Shown: positions 1 to 11,641, numbered from the whole stretch's first letter. The stretch: DNA of 63,729 nt, filler included, from Neoconidiobolus thromboides FSU 785 (GCA_025603075.1; 9 parts of 9 records of this genome joined end to end with filler, not necessarily neighbours in it), one strand, 5' to 3'. Numbers and translations are program-made. The notes: generated by a model not told the origin, from the sequence alone.

Positions 1-1272
1 ATATCTATCCATAACTATAAATTATAAAAGTGTAAATATTTTTAAATATTAAAATTACTTAATGGCACAAAACTTAAAGCAAGTGAGAGAGTTAATGAGA
101 GACCCCAATAAAGCTGTTCCCACACTCGTTTAGGCTTTTTAGACTGTATATAAATTAATTGTAAGTTGAGTGCGATCGCTATGTTCAAAAAACAATACAT
201 CTGCTCACCAAAGTTACGCCAAAAGGCTATAAATTTACAAAAGTTGCCAGTTTTTACTGTGTGATGTTGCAAGGCGAAAGCTGCATTCAATAGATTGACA
301 ATTGAAACCCCAACTTGTAGCCTTAGTGAGGTTCGATTAATTAGTTTTTGTTCAAATATAGCTACAGGTTTTTCAATACTTAAACCGATGTTAACTTATT
401 AGTTACCTGTTATAATGAAAAACACCAGTACGATTACTGAAGAGACTACACTTAGTATATTTAAGCCATTAGATATCGACGAAAGATTATTCACGGCCTC
501 ACCTGAACTCATTTATATCAATGAATAATAAAAAAAGTAACTCTGTATTTTAGTAAAGATTTCAACTTTTAGTCAAATTGGGATAAAATCTAAGTGGAGG
601 TCCTTGTATTACTTTTTATATATAAAAAATGTAGAACTGAAACTAAAGGCGCCATAAATAAACAATTGTAATTCTACTTTTAATTAATTATATTGCAGTC
701 ATATATAGTACTAATTGGTACTCATTTATTATTTCATAAATGAATGGTGGCATTTTAATAAAATCAATAGGAACAGAATAATGCTTAATTAGTATTAAAT
801 TGGGGTTACTTGTTAATTTCCACCAGATATTTTTTGCTCTTATTTCCCCGAAAGATTGAATCATTGTGTTTTTGGTTAGGTAAATATTAATGTATTTGGT
901 TAGTTTCTTATTAACTATCATATTTTTAGCTTTTTAAATGCTAAGAGAAATATGCTGTGTATAAGGGCTGGAAAGTTACCATATGTGATTACACCATCAC
1001 TGTGATAAGCTACTGTAATAAAAATTTATTATTACACATTAGTTGTACCAATTGATTTAACTAAAACTAATCTTTTTAGACATCCTAAGCCTACTTTTCG
1101 AATAACAAAAACAAATAAATACAAGCTATATTATTAAAATCTTTATAGAATAATAATTAAAATAATATACAAAAGTTGCTATTTGTCATGATATTTAATT
1201 TATTTAGAACTAAGTAATTGGAGCAAATTTCGCATTTTATATTTTTTTAAATAAAAAATATCACTAATAGTA

Positions 1273-1354
1273 TATATGGGAACGTTTTGGTTTTATCACT
1301 TATTTGAGGCGAAAGATTGCTATTAAAATTCTTAAACAAAAATATATTCTTATG
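1273..1354 (-). mobile_element. MITE family A, internally deleted copy
   Basis: TATATGGGAACGTTTTGGTTTTATCACT...TTAAAATTCTTAAACAAAAATATATTCTTAT matches both ends of the MITE consensus, with the middle missing. Confidence 0.6.
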
Positions 1355-1604
1355 TAAGGACTTACTAAATTCACTGCATTTTTTTACTAAGTCATTATAA
1401 AAACTATTATCATATCAGTGCATCAAAAGGCTTTTTTATAATTATTAGCATGGTAAAAAAACTTCATGAATTTCACTTAATTACCAAGGGCTTTACTAAT
1501 ATAGTTTGTATATTAATATCAGTCAAAGTTACAATATGTAAATAAATACATATTCTTATAAAAATTTGTTAAGAAATATTTATGAATAATTGTTTTGTAA
1601 CTAA

Positions 1605-1690
1605 TATTAACAATTTTACTAAAAAAATTTCCACTCAAGTAATGCTTAAAGAATGGAAAAAGTAATGAAATCAAAAAAAAATCTCCATAT
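1605..1690 (+). mobile_element. MITE family A, left end degenerate
   Basis: TTTCCACTCAAGTAATGCTTAAAGAATGGAAAAAGTAATGAAATCAAAAAAAAATCTCC-ATAT matches the MITE core and right end. Confidence 0.7.
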
Positions 1691-1746
1691 GGGGCTGTCC
1701 TAATTGGTTTCAGAATCTACTTAGAAATTAATCCAAATTTAAAATT
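1691..1746 (+). mobile_element. Left terminus of the Sola-like DNA transposon, cut by an assembly gap
   Basis: GGGGCTGTCCTAATTGGTTTCAGAA...AAATTAATCCAAATTT closely resembles the left end at 6544. Confidence 0.7.
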
Positions 1747-2036
1747 NNNNNNNNNNNNNNNNNNNNNNNNNNNNNNNNNNNNNNNNNNNNTTAATTAATT
1801 AANNNNNNNNNNNNNNNNNNNNNNNNNNNNNNNNNNNNNNNNNNNNTGTACTTTTTGTTTTCAAATAGTGAAAATCTAATTTTAAATTTAAAGTATTACA
1901 AAATAAGTTCCACCCTATTCTTTCATCAATTTCTTTTATACCAATTTCTTCTTCATTATTATAATGTACTTTTGGAGTTATAAGTTTATCTCTAACTTTG
2001 ACTCTCTAGTTTCGTTGTTATGATATAAATAAAATG

Positions 2037-2142
2037 TATATGAGGGTGTTTTTTAGCTTCACTGCTTTTTCCATCCTTCAAGCACTATTTAAGCAGGAAA
2101 ATTGTTAGTAAAATCCTTAAACACAGAAGTACATTCCCATAT
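2037..2142 (-). mobile_element. MITE family A
   Basis: TATATGAGGGTGTTTTTT...TTGTTAGTAAAATCCTTAAACACAGAAGTACATTCCCATAT. Confidence 0.85.
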
Positions 2143-3626
2143 TCTATAAGAAAAATGACATTTGCTTATTTGAGCAATAATATCTACTTTCTTACAATCT
2201 TTCTATTGTCTGTCCATTTAAAAGCTGTGTTGCTATTTAATTCCTTTATCATACTACTAAAAAGTTATAGTATTGGTAATTTAGTAAAATCTCTATTTAG
2301 TCACTATAATCTATAAAACTTTAAGGTAAAGTACTATGATGTTAGCTAGAATTTATCAATGCTTTATTGGGATAAACTGGAAATAGACGGTGGTAAATAA
2401 ACCTCAATATTTTGAGTAATGGGATCTATAACAGTACATGGTTGGGAGTAATATACTATTGCTCAAAAGAGCTCATTGTCAGACCTAAATAGCTCTGGAA
2501 TGTGTTTAAGTCTACACTCCTCTTTCTCTTCAAGTTCAATGATTTTCCTATTGGTCGATTTAATATTACTACCAATAAAAAGTTCCATGACATATCAATC
2601 GCCTTGAATCTTCACAGAAATTACTTATAATAAAAGGTAACTCTAGTGGTACTATTACTTTTAAATAGTAAAGATACAATTTAAAACTAGAACCAGTATA
2701 AAGTATATTCTAATCCGTCTTTTCATAAATTCTTTGGTGTTGATTTCTCCTCTGAGCTTATGGTTGATCTTACAAATTATAAAATCATTGCGCACCTTAA
2801 ATACCAAACCTCATTATTATCAACACGGTGATTGATCCTCTCTAATATCCCTAAAATTAGCTGTTAAAGTAGTACTTTTGTCATCCAATTGGTACTGGTA
2901 TCTCCTTAATCATATAAAAATGATTATAAAATACCATCTTTACTCCAAGTATTAAATCTTTCTAACCCTAGTAAATGCAATTGATTCTACATTCCTGGAG
3001 CCTCCCTTGTGCTAATTTATAGCTAACAACTTCTATTGAATTTCCAAAAAAAAATTCTTAAAGTTCAAGTCCACTCTATACTGTAAATGTCACAGAGGCC
3101 TTCTAAAAATAATTTGTTTGTTTCCATAAAACTTATCAAATAGTATATGGGGCCACACAATCTTGTTTGTGCATGTTTGTTAAATGTACTTATCAATTTG
3201 TTGGATATTCAACCTCAAAAACTTAAAGGAATAGCTAGAAAGTACTTTGGTTTGATTTATATAGTTTTATTATACAATAGCGTTTCAAAATCAAAGACTT
3301 CTATTCTTAATAAGTATGTTTAGATTATCTCTTTAACTTACCTTTGAATTTTTTACTTTTCATTCAAATCTTTATTTTCAATGAATTTGATAACAGTATT
3401 CTTTTATAATAATCTGCCTAAAAAATAAAAGCTATTTTCTTTTACTTACTATTCTATTAAAAATAGCGGGCTGCTCTTTCTTTTATCTGTCCCATTTGCT
3501 TAAGTTAGTAACTGCTGTCTTACCTTAATCTTCTATTATAGTAAAAAAACCAAATACACTAAAAGTTAAAATAAAATCTATATAAATAATACTAATTTTT
3601 AATACACTTTAAGACCAATGAAGCTA

Positions 3627-4730
3627 CTAGTTGTTGTATGTAGGAAAGTCAGAGTAACCAACATGGCGATCTTCCCCCTCATATAAATAGAGAGCTGGAT
3701 AATTGGTAATTTGAGCCAATTCATAACCATTAAAGAAACGTTCTGGAAGATCTGGGTTAGAAATATAAGGACGGCCATACACAATGGCATCTACTTTACC
3801 ATCAGCAATATATTTATCTCCTTCTTCAGCTGTAATACCACCATTGAGGAAGATTTTAGCATTTTTGATCAATGGGAAGAATTTTTCAACATCAAGTTTA
3901 AGACCACGATTGGTTGGATCGAAATCAGGAAGGTGACGAACAAGTTGGATATAAGCAATATTGCGTTTGTCAAGTTCTGAAATTAAATGATTATATAACT
4001 CATAGGCTTCTTCTTCGGTTTTTTCACCCATATCATTATAACCTCCACATGGCGACAATTTGATACCAACTCTATCAGCTGAGAATACTTCAATAAAAGC
4101 ATCAATGATTTCAAGGATAAAACGAGAACGATTTTGAATACTACCACCATAATCATCAGTGCGCTTATTAGAGTGAGATTCAAGGAATTGATGAGGCAAA
4201 TAGCCATTGGCACCATGTAATTCAATTCCATCAAACCCGGCTTCTTTAGCATTGATAGCAGCTTGTTTAAACATTTGTACATATTCCTTAGGATCCTCAA
4301 TGGCTTTTGGAACTGAATAACCTGGTTTGCCTTCAAGTAAACGGAATTTACCGCCATTAGCTTGAACAGCAGAAGGAGCAGGTGGAGCTACACCAGCATT
4401 ATGCAATGTGTTGGCAGCTCTTCCTACATGCCATAATTGACCAAAAATTAGACCATCTTTACTATGTACTGCATCATTCAACCTTTTGAATGCTTTGATC
4501 TGTTCTTTACTCCAAATTCCCGGGGCTTCTGGCCATTCAGTACCTTGGGGCTCAATAAGAATGCCTTCTGTTAAAATCAAACCTCCTGATGCTCTTTGAG
4601 TGTAAAAATCGATATTGGTATCATTTGGTACAATTCCACGATTACGTGTCATTGAAGAGAGAAGAACACGATTTTTAAGTTTTAAACCTTTGAGATCTAA
4701 TGATTGTTGTAAGTTTTTGTATTGTGACAT
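3627..4730 (-). CDS. Old yellow enzyme family NADH:flavin oxidoreductase (367 aa, intronless)
   Basis: Full-length ORF with SMTRNR, GQLWHVGR, catalytic ELHGANGYL, RTDDYGGSIQNRSRF and YGRPYISNPDLPER motifs typical of OYE TIM barrels. Confidence 0.95.
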   Translation of the reverse strand: MSQYKNLQQSLDLKGLKLKNRVLLSSMTRNRGIVPNDTNIDFYTQRASGGLILTEGILIEPQGTEWPEAPGIWSKEQIKAFKRLNDAVHSKDGLIFGQLWHVGRAANTLHNAGVAPPAPSAVQANGGKFRLLEGKPGYSVPKAIEDPKEYVQMFKQAAINAKEAGFDGIELHGANGYLPHQFLESHSNKRTDDYGGSIQNRSRFILEIIDAFIEVFSADRVGIKLSPCGGYNDMGEKTEEEAYELYNHLISELDKRNIAYIQLVRHLPDFDPTNRGLKLDVEKFFPLIKNAKIFLNGGITAEEGDKYIADGKVDAIVYGRPYISNPDLPERFFNGYELAQITNYPALYLYEGEDRHVGYSDFPTYNN

Positions 4731-5375
4731 TGGTTTTTAATTGATGAATTTGATTAAAATGATATTTTGAATGTGCTTTTATACTTTTTCTAAACTAAAG
4801 TTACTATACTTTCTTACGTAATATCCTTACGAATTTCAAAGTTCATTTTATGAAATGAAAAATTGCTTACAAATTTGACGAGTTTTGATTTGATATTGAA
4901 TTGACATGCATTTGATTTGTCGATTATCAAACATCAGTTAAAGCAAGTTTATTAGACTTGATTTCAATGCTAAATATTGTTAAAAATAATCCAATAATGA
5001 GATTTATAATAACTTTTGGTTTATAATAATTTAACATTTTATTAATAATCCAACTTCTCTGAAAGTTATTGGGCCAAATTATATTAAATAATTTAATAAA
5101 AATATGATAACGCAATTTCTATTAGCTATTTTTCTATTTTTAGGCTCAATAGTTTATTGTTCTCATTGCTATAATCGTGTTTCTGCTTGATTTAGTAACT
5201 TTATTAATAAAACTAATTTACATTTGACAATAATACGTGTGAATTAGTAATTATCAATATTTATTATAATGGCTCTGCATTTTAAAATGTCTACTAATAA
5301 TAGATTATACTCTTTATTTATTTATCAAAAGTTTTGATAAGCTTGTAAAATATTACTTTTTTTTAAATATTATAT

Positions 5376-5700
5376 AGGGATGTCGAAATTAGTTTCATTT
5401 TATATCCAATTAAATATTTTATATTTGACTTCTATTAGAATTTTATTAAGTATTTTTTATCAAAAACGAAAGCACCCACAGCACAGCTTTAAATTATAAT
5501 TTATATTGTAAGTTAGCAGGATCTGTATAGAAGGAAGTGGTTGGCCCTAAAGCTACAGTTAATCATCCTTACGTGATGCAAATAATATAATGGTCTTTGT
5601 TTTTTATTATGATTATTTGCTTTATAACTATTTATTAACTTGGTTATTGATAACTTAATATTAACATTTAGAAACTAATTTTTATCATTCAATAAACTAC
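5376..5700 (-). mobile_element. Degenerate, internally deleted right end of the Sola-like element
   Basis: ATAT-AGGGATGTCGAAATTAGTTTCATT...ATCCAAT and GTGGTTGGCCCTAAAGCTACAGTTAATCATCC match the reverse complement of 9150-9625. Confidence 0.65.
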
Positions 5701-5762
5701 TTACTTGTTTAGTAAATATTAAAATTTTAAACTTTCTGCTATTTTTATAAAATAAATCGGGG

Positions 5763-6220
5763 TGTGAAATCTGGTACTCAGTGATCAGAGCCAAAAGCGA
5801 GTATTACTTGATTGAATATGTTGTAAGTCGAAAGGCCTTACTTTATGTGACTAAGATAGACTTGGATTATGAAGAATAGCACATAATAGACTACAGACTA
5901 TGTAAGATAAATATAATAGACAATACTACTGTAAATCTACGTAAAATACTATCAAGAAAATTTAATGGCTTTATTGAATGTATAAGATATCAGGGAATGA
6001 TTCAATTAAAAAGCCCCGAATTATTATGTTCTAAAATCTCTTTTATACTCCAAGTACAAATATCAAAACAAGAGGACAAGATTCTTTGGGATGGAGTTTG
6101 ATTTTTTATGAAAATTTCTAAGAGCATAGGATTGACTGTCTCTGAACTCGAGAACACAACAACTTAAGTGATTATTATGTTATAGTCAATCATGGAGCTG
6201 ACAAAACAATATTTCACAGA
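5763..6220 (+). repeat. Diverged direct copy of internal segment 7487-7951 of the Sola-like element
   Basis: Shared blocks TGTGAAATCTGGTACTCAG, TAAGTCGAAAGG, GTGACTAAGATAGACTTGGATTATGA, TTCTTTGGGATGGAG and CTCTGAACTCGAGAACACAAC. Confidence 0.8.
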
Positions 6221-6963
6221 CTTGTAAATTTAAAAACTTGAAATTTAGATTAATTTTTAAGTACATTTTGAAACTAATTCAGATATCTCTATATTATTAA
6301 AAGTTTTATATCAATATGTTTTTGATTATTTTTTCGATTTTTTTTATTAATAAATTATAAATATCATATATATTAAATTAAATATAAAACGATGATAACG
6401 AATTTAGTAATTTTTTACCATATTTTAAATAATCTTTAATAATTTTAATTTTAGCTGTTTTTGGAAATAAGCAAAACTCTAAAATTAAAATTAATATAAA
6501 ATTTAATAAGTTAAAAGCAATAAAAGTTTATAATTTAATATATGGGGCTGTCCGAATTGGTTTCAAAATTGGAAACTAATCCAAACTTCAAATTTTTAAA
6601 TTTGTGCCTAATGTGATGGTTAAATCTAAAAAGTCTAAAATTAAATCTTTTTATTTAAAACTTATTTTGATTGTTTCCTTTTCTTAAATAGTTAGTTTTT
6701 CTAACCATATGTTTTATGTTATCTCTGTTAGATATTTAATAGACATATAATTATATAAATATAGTCATTTAACTTTATTTGTTGAAATAAAAATAAAATG
6801 CAAACTTTCATAACTAAACTTGGGAATGGGATTTTTGAAAATTTCAATACAATAGGGAGGAGTGCACAATATAAATATTGTAATTCATTTACATCAATTT
6901 TAAGATCTACTTATAACAACTCAGGGTTTATGGAATCTTATAATAAAACAAAACAAAGAAAAG

Positions 6964-7070
6964 ATATAGAGTGTTTTTTTTGACTTCATTATTTTTTCCA
7001 TTTTCTAAGCGCCATTTAAGCCGAAAATTTGCTAGTAAAATTCTTAAACACAAAAATACATCCCCATATA
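6964..7070 (-). mobile_element. MITE family A, nested in the Sola-like element
   Basis: ATATAGAGTGTTTTTTTTGACTTCATT...TTCTTAAACACAAAAATACATCCCCATATA. Confidence 0.85.
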
Positions 7071-7348
7071 TTATCAAAGTTTACTATCGATAATAATAAA
7101 CTTAATCAAGTAATGTATAGAATTAGTGCTTTAAGGGAAACAAGAAATAAAAATCAACAAGTACCGTTATTACCAACTATAGCTTCAGTATATTCTTTTG
7201 ATGAGTGTAAAAGTTTTAGGTTTAATATAAATAGAAATTAATATGATTGTTCAAAAATAAGCAATAATGATAATAAAACATCAAGATTACAGCCTGTTAT
7301 TAAAAATACAAAAAAAATTAAAGATGACCAAATTGAAACTATTATACA

Positions 7349-7455
7349 ATATGGGGATGTGTTTTTTTGTTTAAGAATTTTACTAATGATCTTTTCACTC
7401 AAATAGCGCTTAAAAAATAGAAAAAGCAATGAAATCAAAAAAAACATCCTCATAT
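7349..7455 (+). mobile_element. MITE family A, nested in the Sola-like element
   Basis: ATATGGGGATGTGTTTTTTTGTTTAAGAATTTTACTAA...CTCAAATAGCGCTTAAAAAATAGAAAAAGCAATGAAATCAAAAAAAACATCCTCATAT. Confidence 0.9.
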
Positions 7456-8023
7456 TTATTAAATGATTCAAATATTTCATCAAGATTGTGAAATCTGGTA
7501 CTCAGGGTTTGGAGTCAAGAACAGCTATTGCTGGGTTGACTACACTATAAGTCGAAAGGTCTTAGCTTATGTGACTAAGATAGACTTGGATTATGAGGAA
7601 TAGCACGTAATAGGTTACAAGCTATATAAGAAAAATATAATAGCCAATACTAATGTAAAATCTACGTAAAATATTATCAAGAAAACTTAGTGACTTTATT
7701 AAATGTTAGAGATCTCAAAGAATAATTCAGTTAGAAAACCTCGAACTATTATACTCTGTAAACTCTTTTATACTCTGAAAAGTATAAATATCAAAATGAG
7801 AAAATAATATTCTTTGGGATGGAGCTAGAAATTCTCATAGCAAATCAAAATAAGAACGTGGGATTGATTTTCTCTGAACTCGAGAACACAACAGCTTAGG
7901 CGATTGTTATGCTATAATTAACCATGAGACTGACAAAGCGATATTTCACAAGATTTAATAAAAAAAAATAGTGGTAGTAAATATTCATCAGATAATATAT
8001 ATATATTAAATAAAAGTAGAAGA

Positions 8024-9119
8024 ATGATATATAGTAAATATTTGAATGATCTAAAAGATAAAGCGGTAGCTAGGTCAACATTTTTTAAATATATACCAAG
8101 TAGTTCCAAAAATACAGCAAGAAAAACAGATCCATGTGATATATATGCCCAATATACAGTTAGAAAAAAGTTATCTGAAAATAAAATAAACACAGCAATA
8201 AAAAAAAGCAGAAGTAGAAGAAGTTTTCAATAAAGAAGAAAAATTATACAAATTACATAAATCCTGTGCTGGTACTTAAAAAAATACATTTAATAAAACT
8301 ATTAAAAAATTAAATAATAGAAGTTGTGTAATGATTTTAGATTTTAAACAAAATATGGAAATAGGAACAAGACCAAATTCAATAAATTTAGATAATTATA
8401 ATAAACAAGCTATATCAGTATTAGGCTTTGGTGTTTTATATTTAAAAGATGATAAAAAAATAGCCAAAGTTTACTTTGACTATTTATCTGAAATATTAAA
8501 TCATGCTTCAGTATATGCAGGAGATTGTTTAGTTGATTTAATCTCTACAGAGCTTTTATTTAAAAAGCTTACAAAAATTAATATATGGACAGATACAGGA
8601 AATCATTTTAGATCCCAAGAGTTCCTACATTGTACATTTAAACAAATTCATAAAACAAATAGTAGCTTAAATATTGATTTCAAGTTTTTTGCTGAGCATT
8701 ATGGAAAAAGTATAGTTGATGAACATTTTGGAAACCTTTCAAAATGGAAAAGCAGTTTTGAAGCGTTAGGTAAAATAGAAAATATCAATTAATTAATTTC
8801 AAAATTCGAGGCTTTTGTTTGCGAGCATAATAAAATTAATAACTCGACTGTTAATAATGGGAAAACAGATATAATTTTTAAAAAGTATGAAACAAACAAA
8901 AATACAAAAAGAATAATAGAGATGGAAAGTATTAAGAAGTATCTACACTTTATTAAACATAACAATAAACTACATTGTTATCCAGTATCTGATACATCAA
9001 AAAAAAGCGATATAGTTTCAATTAAAGTTATAGAGTCTATAGAAAATACAAAAATTAAAAGATCAATCCCAACTTACCTTACGAAAATAACAGAGAGTGA
9101 AAATTTCGATATTTACTAA
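8024..9119 (+). pseudogene. Fragmented DDE transposase (Sola2/Sola3-like)
   Basis: ORFs 8024-8233, 8331-8792 and 8922-9119. Motifs RSTFFKYIP..RKTDPCD, ILDFKQN, IWTDTGNHFRS and FFAEHYGKSIVDEHFG resemble the DF..N / SDG..Q / HGK..D..G motif series I recall for Sola transposases. Confidence 0.65.
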
Positions 9120-9625
9120 TAATTTGTTAAACGATAAAAATCAATTATTAGATGTCAATATTACTTAAATAATTAATGGCTAAGTTAATAAATAGTCAAA
9201 GAACAAGTAACTGTAGTAATACGCAAAAACTATTATTATGTTACTTATACTATATAAGGATAGTTAATTGTAGCTTTGGGGCTAACCGCTCTCTCCTATG
9301 TAGCTACTTATTAACTTAGCAATATATTAATAATGTAATTATAATATTAAGATAGTTTATTTATTTGATAACAAATCTACAATGTTGGTTGTAAAGCAGT
9401 CGATAACAAATGTTTCTCAACAAAGCTTTATAATAATATATATTTAAGATCTAGTAGAAATTCAACCAACTTACAGTATAAACTATAACAAAATGATTTA
9501 GAACTGTGTTCAAGGTGCTTTTGTTCTAATAAAAAATTCATTTCTATGGAATTTTAAGCGAAGTTTTTAAAATACAATTTTTTGAAAAATTGGATAAAAT
9601 AATGAAACTAATTCAGACAACCTCA

Positions 9626-9850
9626 ATATTCTATAATGTTTTTGAATCTAGTTTCTCTATCTATCTCACCTTTGTCTTCATTCTCAAAGTTATATTTAGT
9701 ATACGTTGAATAAATCATCTAATATCTGATAACTTTATCCGCAATTCTAGTCAAATATTTATTTAATAAACGTAGATTTAAGAATTTCTTTATGTTGATT
9801 AACTCCAATATTTTATATGACAAATCATCGGGTAGTTGGTTAAAATTTAT
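9626..9850 (-). pseudogene. F-box protein pseudogene, truncated by the transposon
   Basis: (I)NFNQLPDDLSYKILELINIKKFLNLRLLNK is an F-box motif. The putative ATG reads ATA. A stop or frameshift follows, then the transposon end. Confidence 0.55.
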
Positions 9851-9884
9851 TTTGCTTAAAAATAAAAGAGGACTACTTCTAGTA

Positions 9885-9986
9885 AATGAATGTATTTTAT
9901 GCCTAAGAATTTCACTAACAATTTTTCCGCTCAAATAGCGCTTAAAAAATGTAAAGATAATGAAACTAAAAAAAACAGCCTCATAT
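9885..9986 (+). mobile_element. MITE family A
   Basis: TAAGAATTTCACTAACAATTTTTCCGCTCAAATAGCGCTTAAAAAATG...AAAAAAACAGCCTCATAT. Confidence 0.85.
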
Positions 9987-10381
9987 TGTATAACAAAAAG
10001 AATATTTAGTTAAGCGTCGACTCATAAGTTCAACCAAGTCAACATTGAAATTTTGTTTGATTTATCACAAATTTTATGGTTTGCTTTGGATATAATAGGG
10101 GAGACAATTGGTAAAAGGGCGGTAAGTCAAAACTAATTTCTGTATCTATATCTTTTAGCTTAAAAGTTTTGGTTTTAATAATCTCAAGATTTAGAAAGAA
10201 AGGTAGAAACAAAAAATTAACAAGTGAGGTATTAAAGGTATTTCCAATTATAATTCAATTTACAAACGTACACTTACATGAATTATACTCAAAAACGTTA
10301 TTAATGATACTTTCATTAAGGTCAAATTCTTCTACTTCATATATATAGATGGGGAAATAATAAATTAGAGTATAAATACTA

Positions 10382-10765
10382 TTAATATTTGATAGTAGTG
10401 AAATCGAATCTAGTAGATTTGTTTAAAAAATTTGAATTTAACTTTTTTGACTTTATAATATTCAAAGATGTTCGTATTGATATTGATCTTGGTAAATCAA
10501 AACACCCTAATATAAAAGTATTATTATCTTTTACTAGACTTATGTTATCATTATGTACTTTAAAGAAACATTCAGAACCATCAATCAGCTTTATGTGTTT
10601 CAATACTCTAAGGTCATCGAGACATCTAGTATTGAAGTCATTTCTTAAATAATCTTCATTTATTAAGTCCAATATTGGAATAAAGTTAACATTTGAGTTA
10701 ACCCCAGTAGAGACAATGACAGAATCATCTAAGTTTACATTTAATAGTTTTAAATTAATGATATT
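10382..10765 (-). CDS. 3' part of an unidentified protein; 5' part lost in the gap
   Basis: The frame is open from the gap edge (NIINLKLLNVNLDDS...) to TAA at 10382. No diagnostic motif. Confidence 0.4.
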   Translation of the reverse strand, partial: NIINLKLLNVNLDDSVIVSTGVNSNVNFIPILDLINEDYLRNDFNTRCLDDLRVLKHIKLIDGSECFFKVHNDNISLVKDNNTFILGCFDLPRSISIRTSLNIIKSKKLNSNFLNKSTRFDFTTIKY

Positions 10766-10939
10766 NNNNNNNNNNNNNNNNNNNNNNNNNNNNNNNNNNN
10801 NNNNNNNNNTTAATTAATTAANNNNNNNNNNNNNNNNNNNNNNNNNNNNNNNNNNNNNNNNNNNNTAGAGTAGAATCTATATCAAGAGGTAACTAAAATA
10901 ATTTCATGTAACGGTTGAATTAATTCATTTAGTTAAAAG

Positions 10940-11641
10940 ATGGATAATTCAAAATATATCACCACTGCTGCTGTTGCTTCAGCCATCACTGCCCCCCTTG
11001 TTTATTATTTAACTAGTAGCTCTTATGCTAAAAAGAATAGTGTAAGTACCCAAAGTATTCAGCGTCAAGCTTTAGCTGAAGAAGCCCAAGAAGAGTTAAA
11101 AAAGTTAAAGGAAAACTTAAAGAGAAAGGAGTTGATAGAGAAGGAGTATGAGCAAGTTAAAGCAACCTTAGAAAAATATGAAAAAGAAATGAAAAAAAAG
11201 GAAGAAGAAAGTAAGTTTTTAAACGGTAATAATGAAGATTTACAAAAAGAAGTAATTCAATTCACTGTCGAAGAAAAGAATAAATTAGAAGAGGAAATCA
11301 AACAGTTGAAACAAGAAATCAAAAAAGGTCAAGTTAATGGTATTGATACTCAAAAAGTTGATGAAGAACTTAAAGAATATAAACAAAAGTTAACTGATGC
11401 TATCAAAGAACTTGAAGAAGAGCGTAAGAAAAATGAAACCGATGGTCAACAATCTTCCACTGATTCTGCTACTATTGAACAACTTAAACTTGAATTACAA
11501 GAAGCTGAAAGTGGTAAAGCACAGAATGAAATTACCATGGTTAAATTACGTGAAAAAATAATTGATATGATACAATTAAAAAATGAACAAGCTTTAAATT
11601 GTAAACATCAAATGAAAGACCTTGAAACTAAACTCAATTAG
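10940..11641 (+). CDS. Coiled-coil protein with an N-terminal hydrophobic anchor (233 aa), function unknown
   Basis: Intact ORF. ITTAAVASAITAPLVYYL is followed by E/K/Q-rich heptads. Confidence 0.75.
   Translation: MDNSKYITTAAVASAITAPLVYYLTSSSYAKKNSVSTQSIQRQALAEEAQEELKKLKENLKRKELIEKEYEQVKATLEKYEKEMKKKEEESKFLNGNNEDLQKEVIQFTVEEKNKLEEEIKQLKQEIKKGQVNGIDTQKVDEELKEYKQKLTDAIKELEEERKKNETDGQQSSTDSATIEQLKLELQEAESGKAQNEITMVKLREKIIDMIQLKNEQALNCKHQMKDLETKLN

Larger units (their letters stand above)
6544..9625 (+). mobile_element. Degenerate ~3-kb cut-and-paste DNA transposon, Sola-like, containing two nested MITEs
   Basis: Short imperfect TIRs (GGGGCTGTCCGAATTGGTTTCA at 6544; TGAAACTAATTCAGACAACCTC at 9603-9624) flanked by ATAT-like sites. 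Broken DDE transposase inside. Homologous pieces at 1691, 5376, 5763 and 61836. Confidence 0.7.

Noticed and set aside
42-921. Short ORFs 42-290 and 688-921
   Set aside because: No motifs or splice support; these lengths are expected by chance.
1791-1802. Palindromic TTAATTAATTAA recurring in the middle of all eight N-runs
   Set aside because: It is an artificial scaffold spacer with stops in all six frames, not biology.
1846-3300. Slightly GC-richer, stop-riddled minus-strand stretch with integrase-like words (LERFNT, PELFRSDN, YSQPCTV)
   Set aside because: The motif order does not fit a retroviral integrase and no continuous frame could be built. It may be a decayed TE but cannot be supported without a profile search.
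3627-4730. Intronless OYE as a possible horizontal transfer from bacteria
   Set aside because: Composition matches the host, other native genes here are intronless, and OYEs are ubiquitous in fungi. A phylogeny would be needed.
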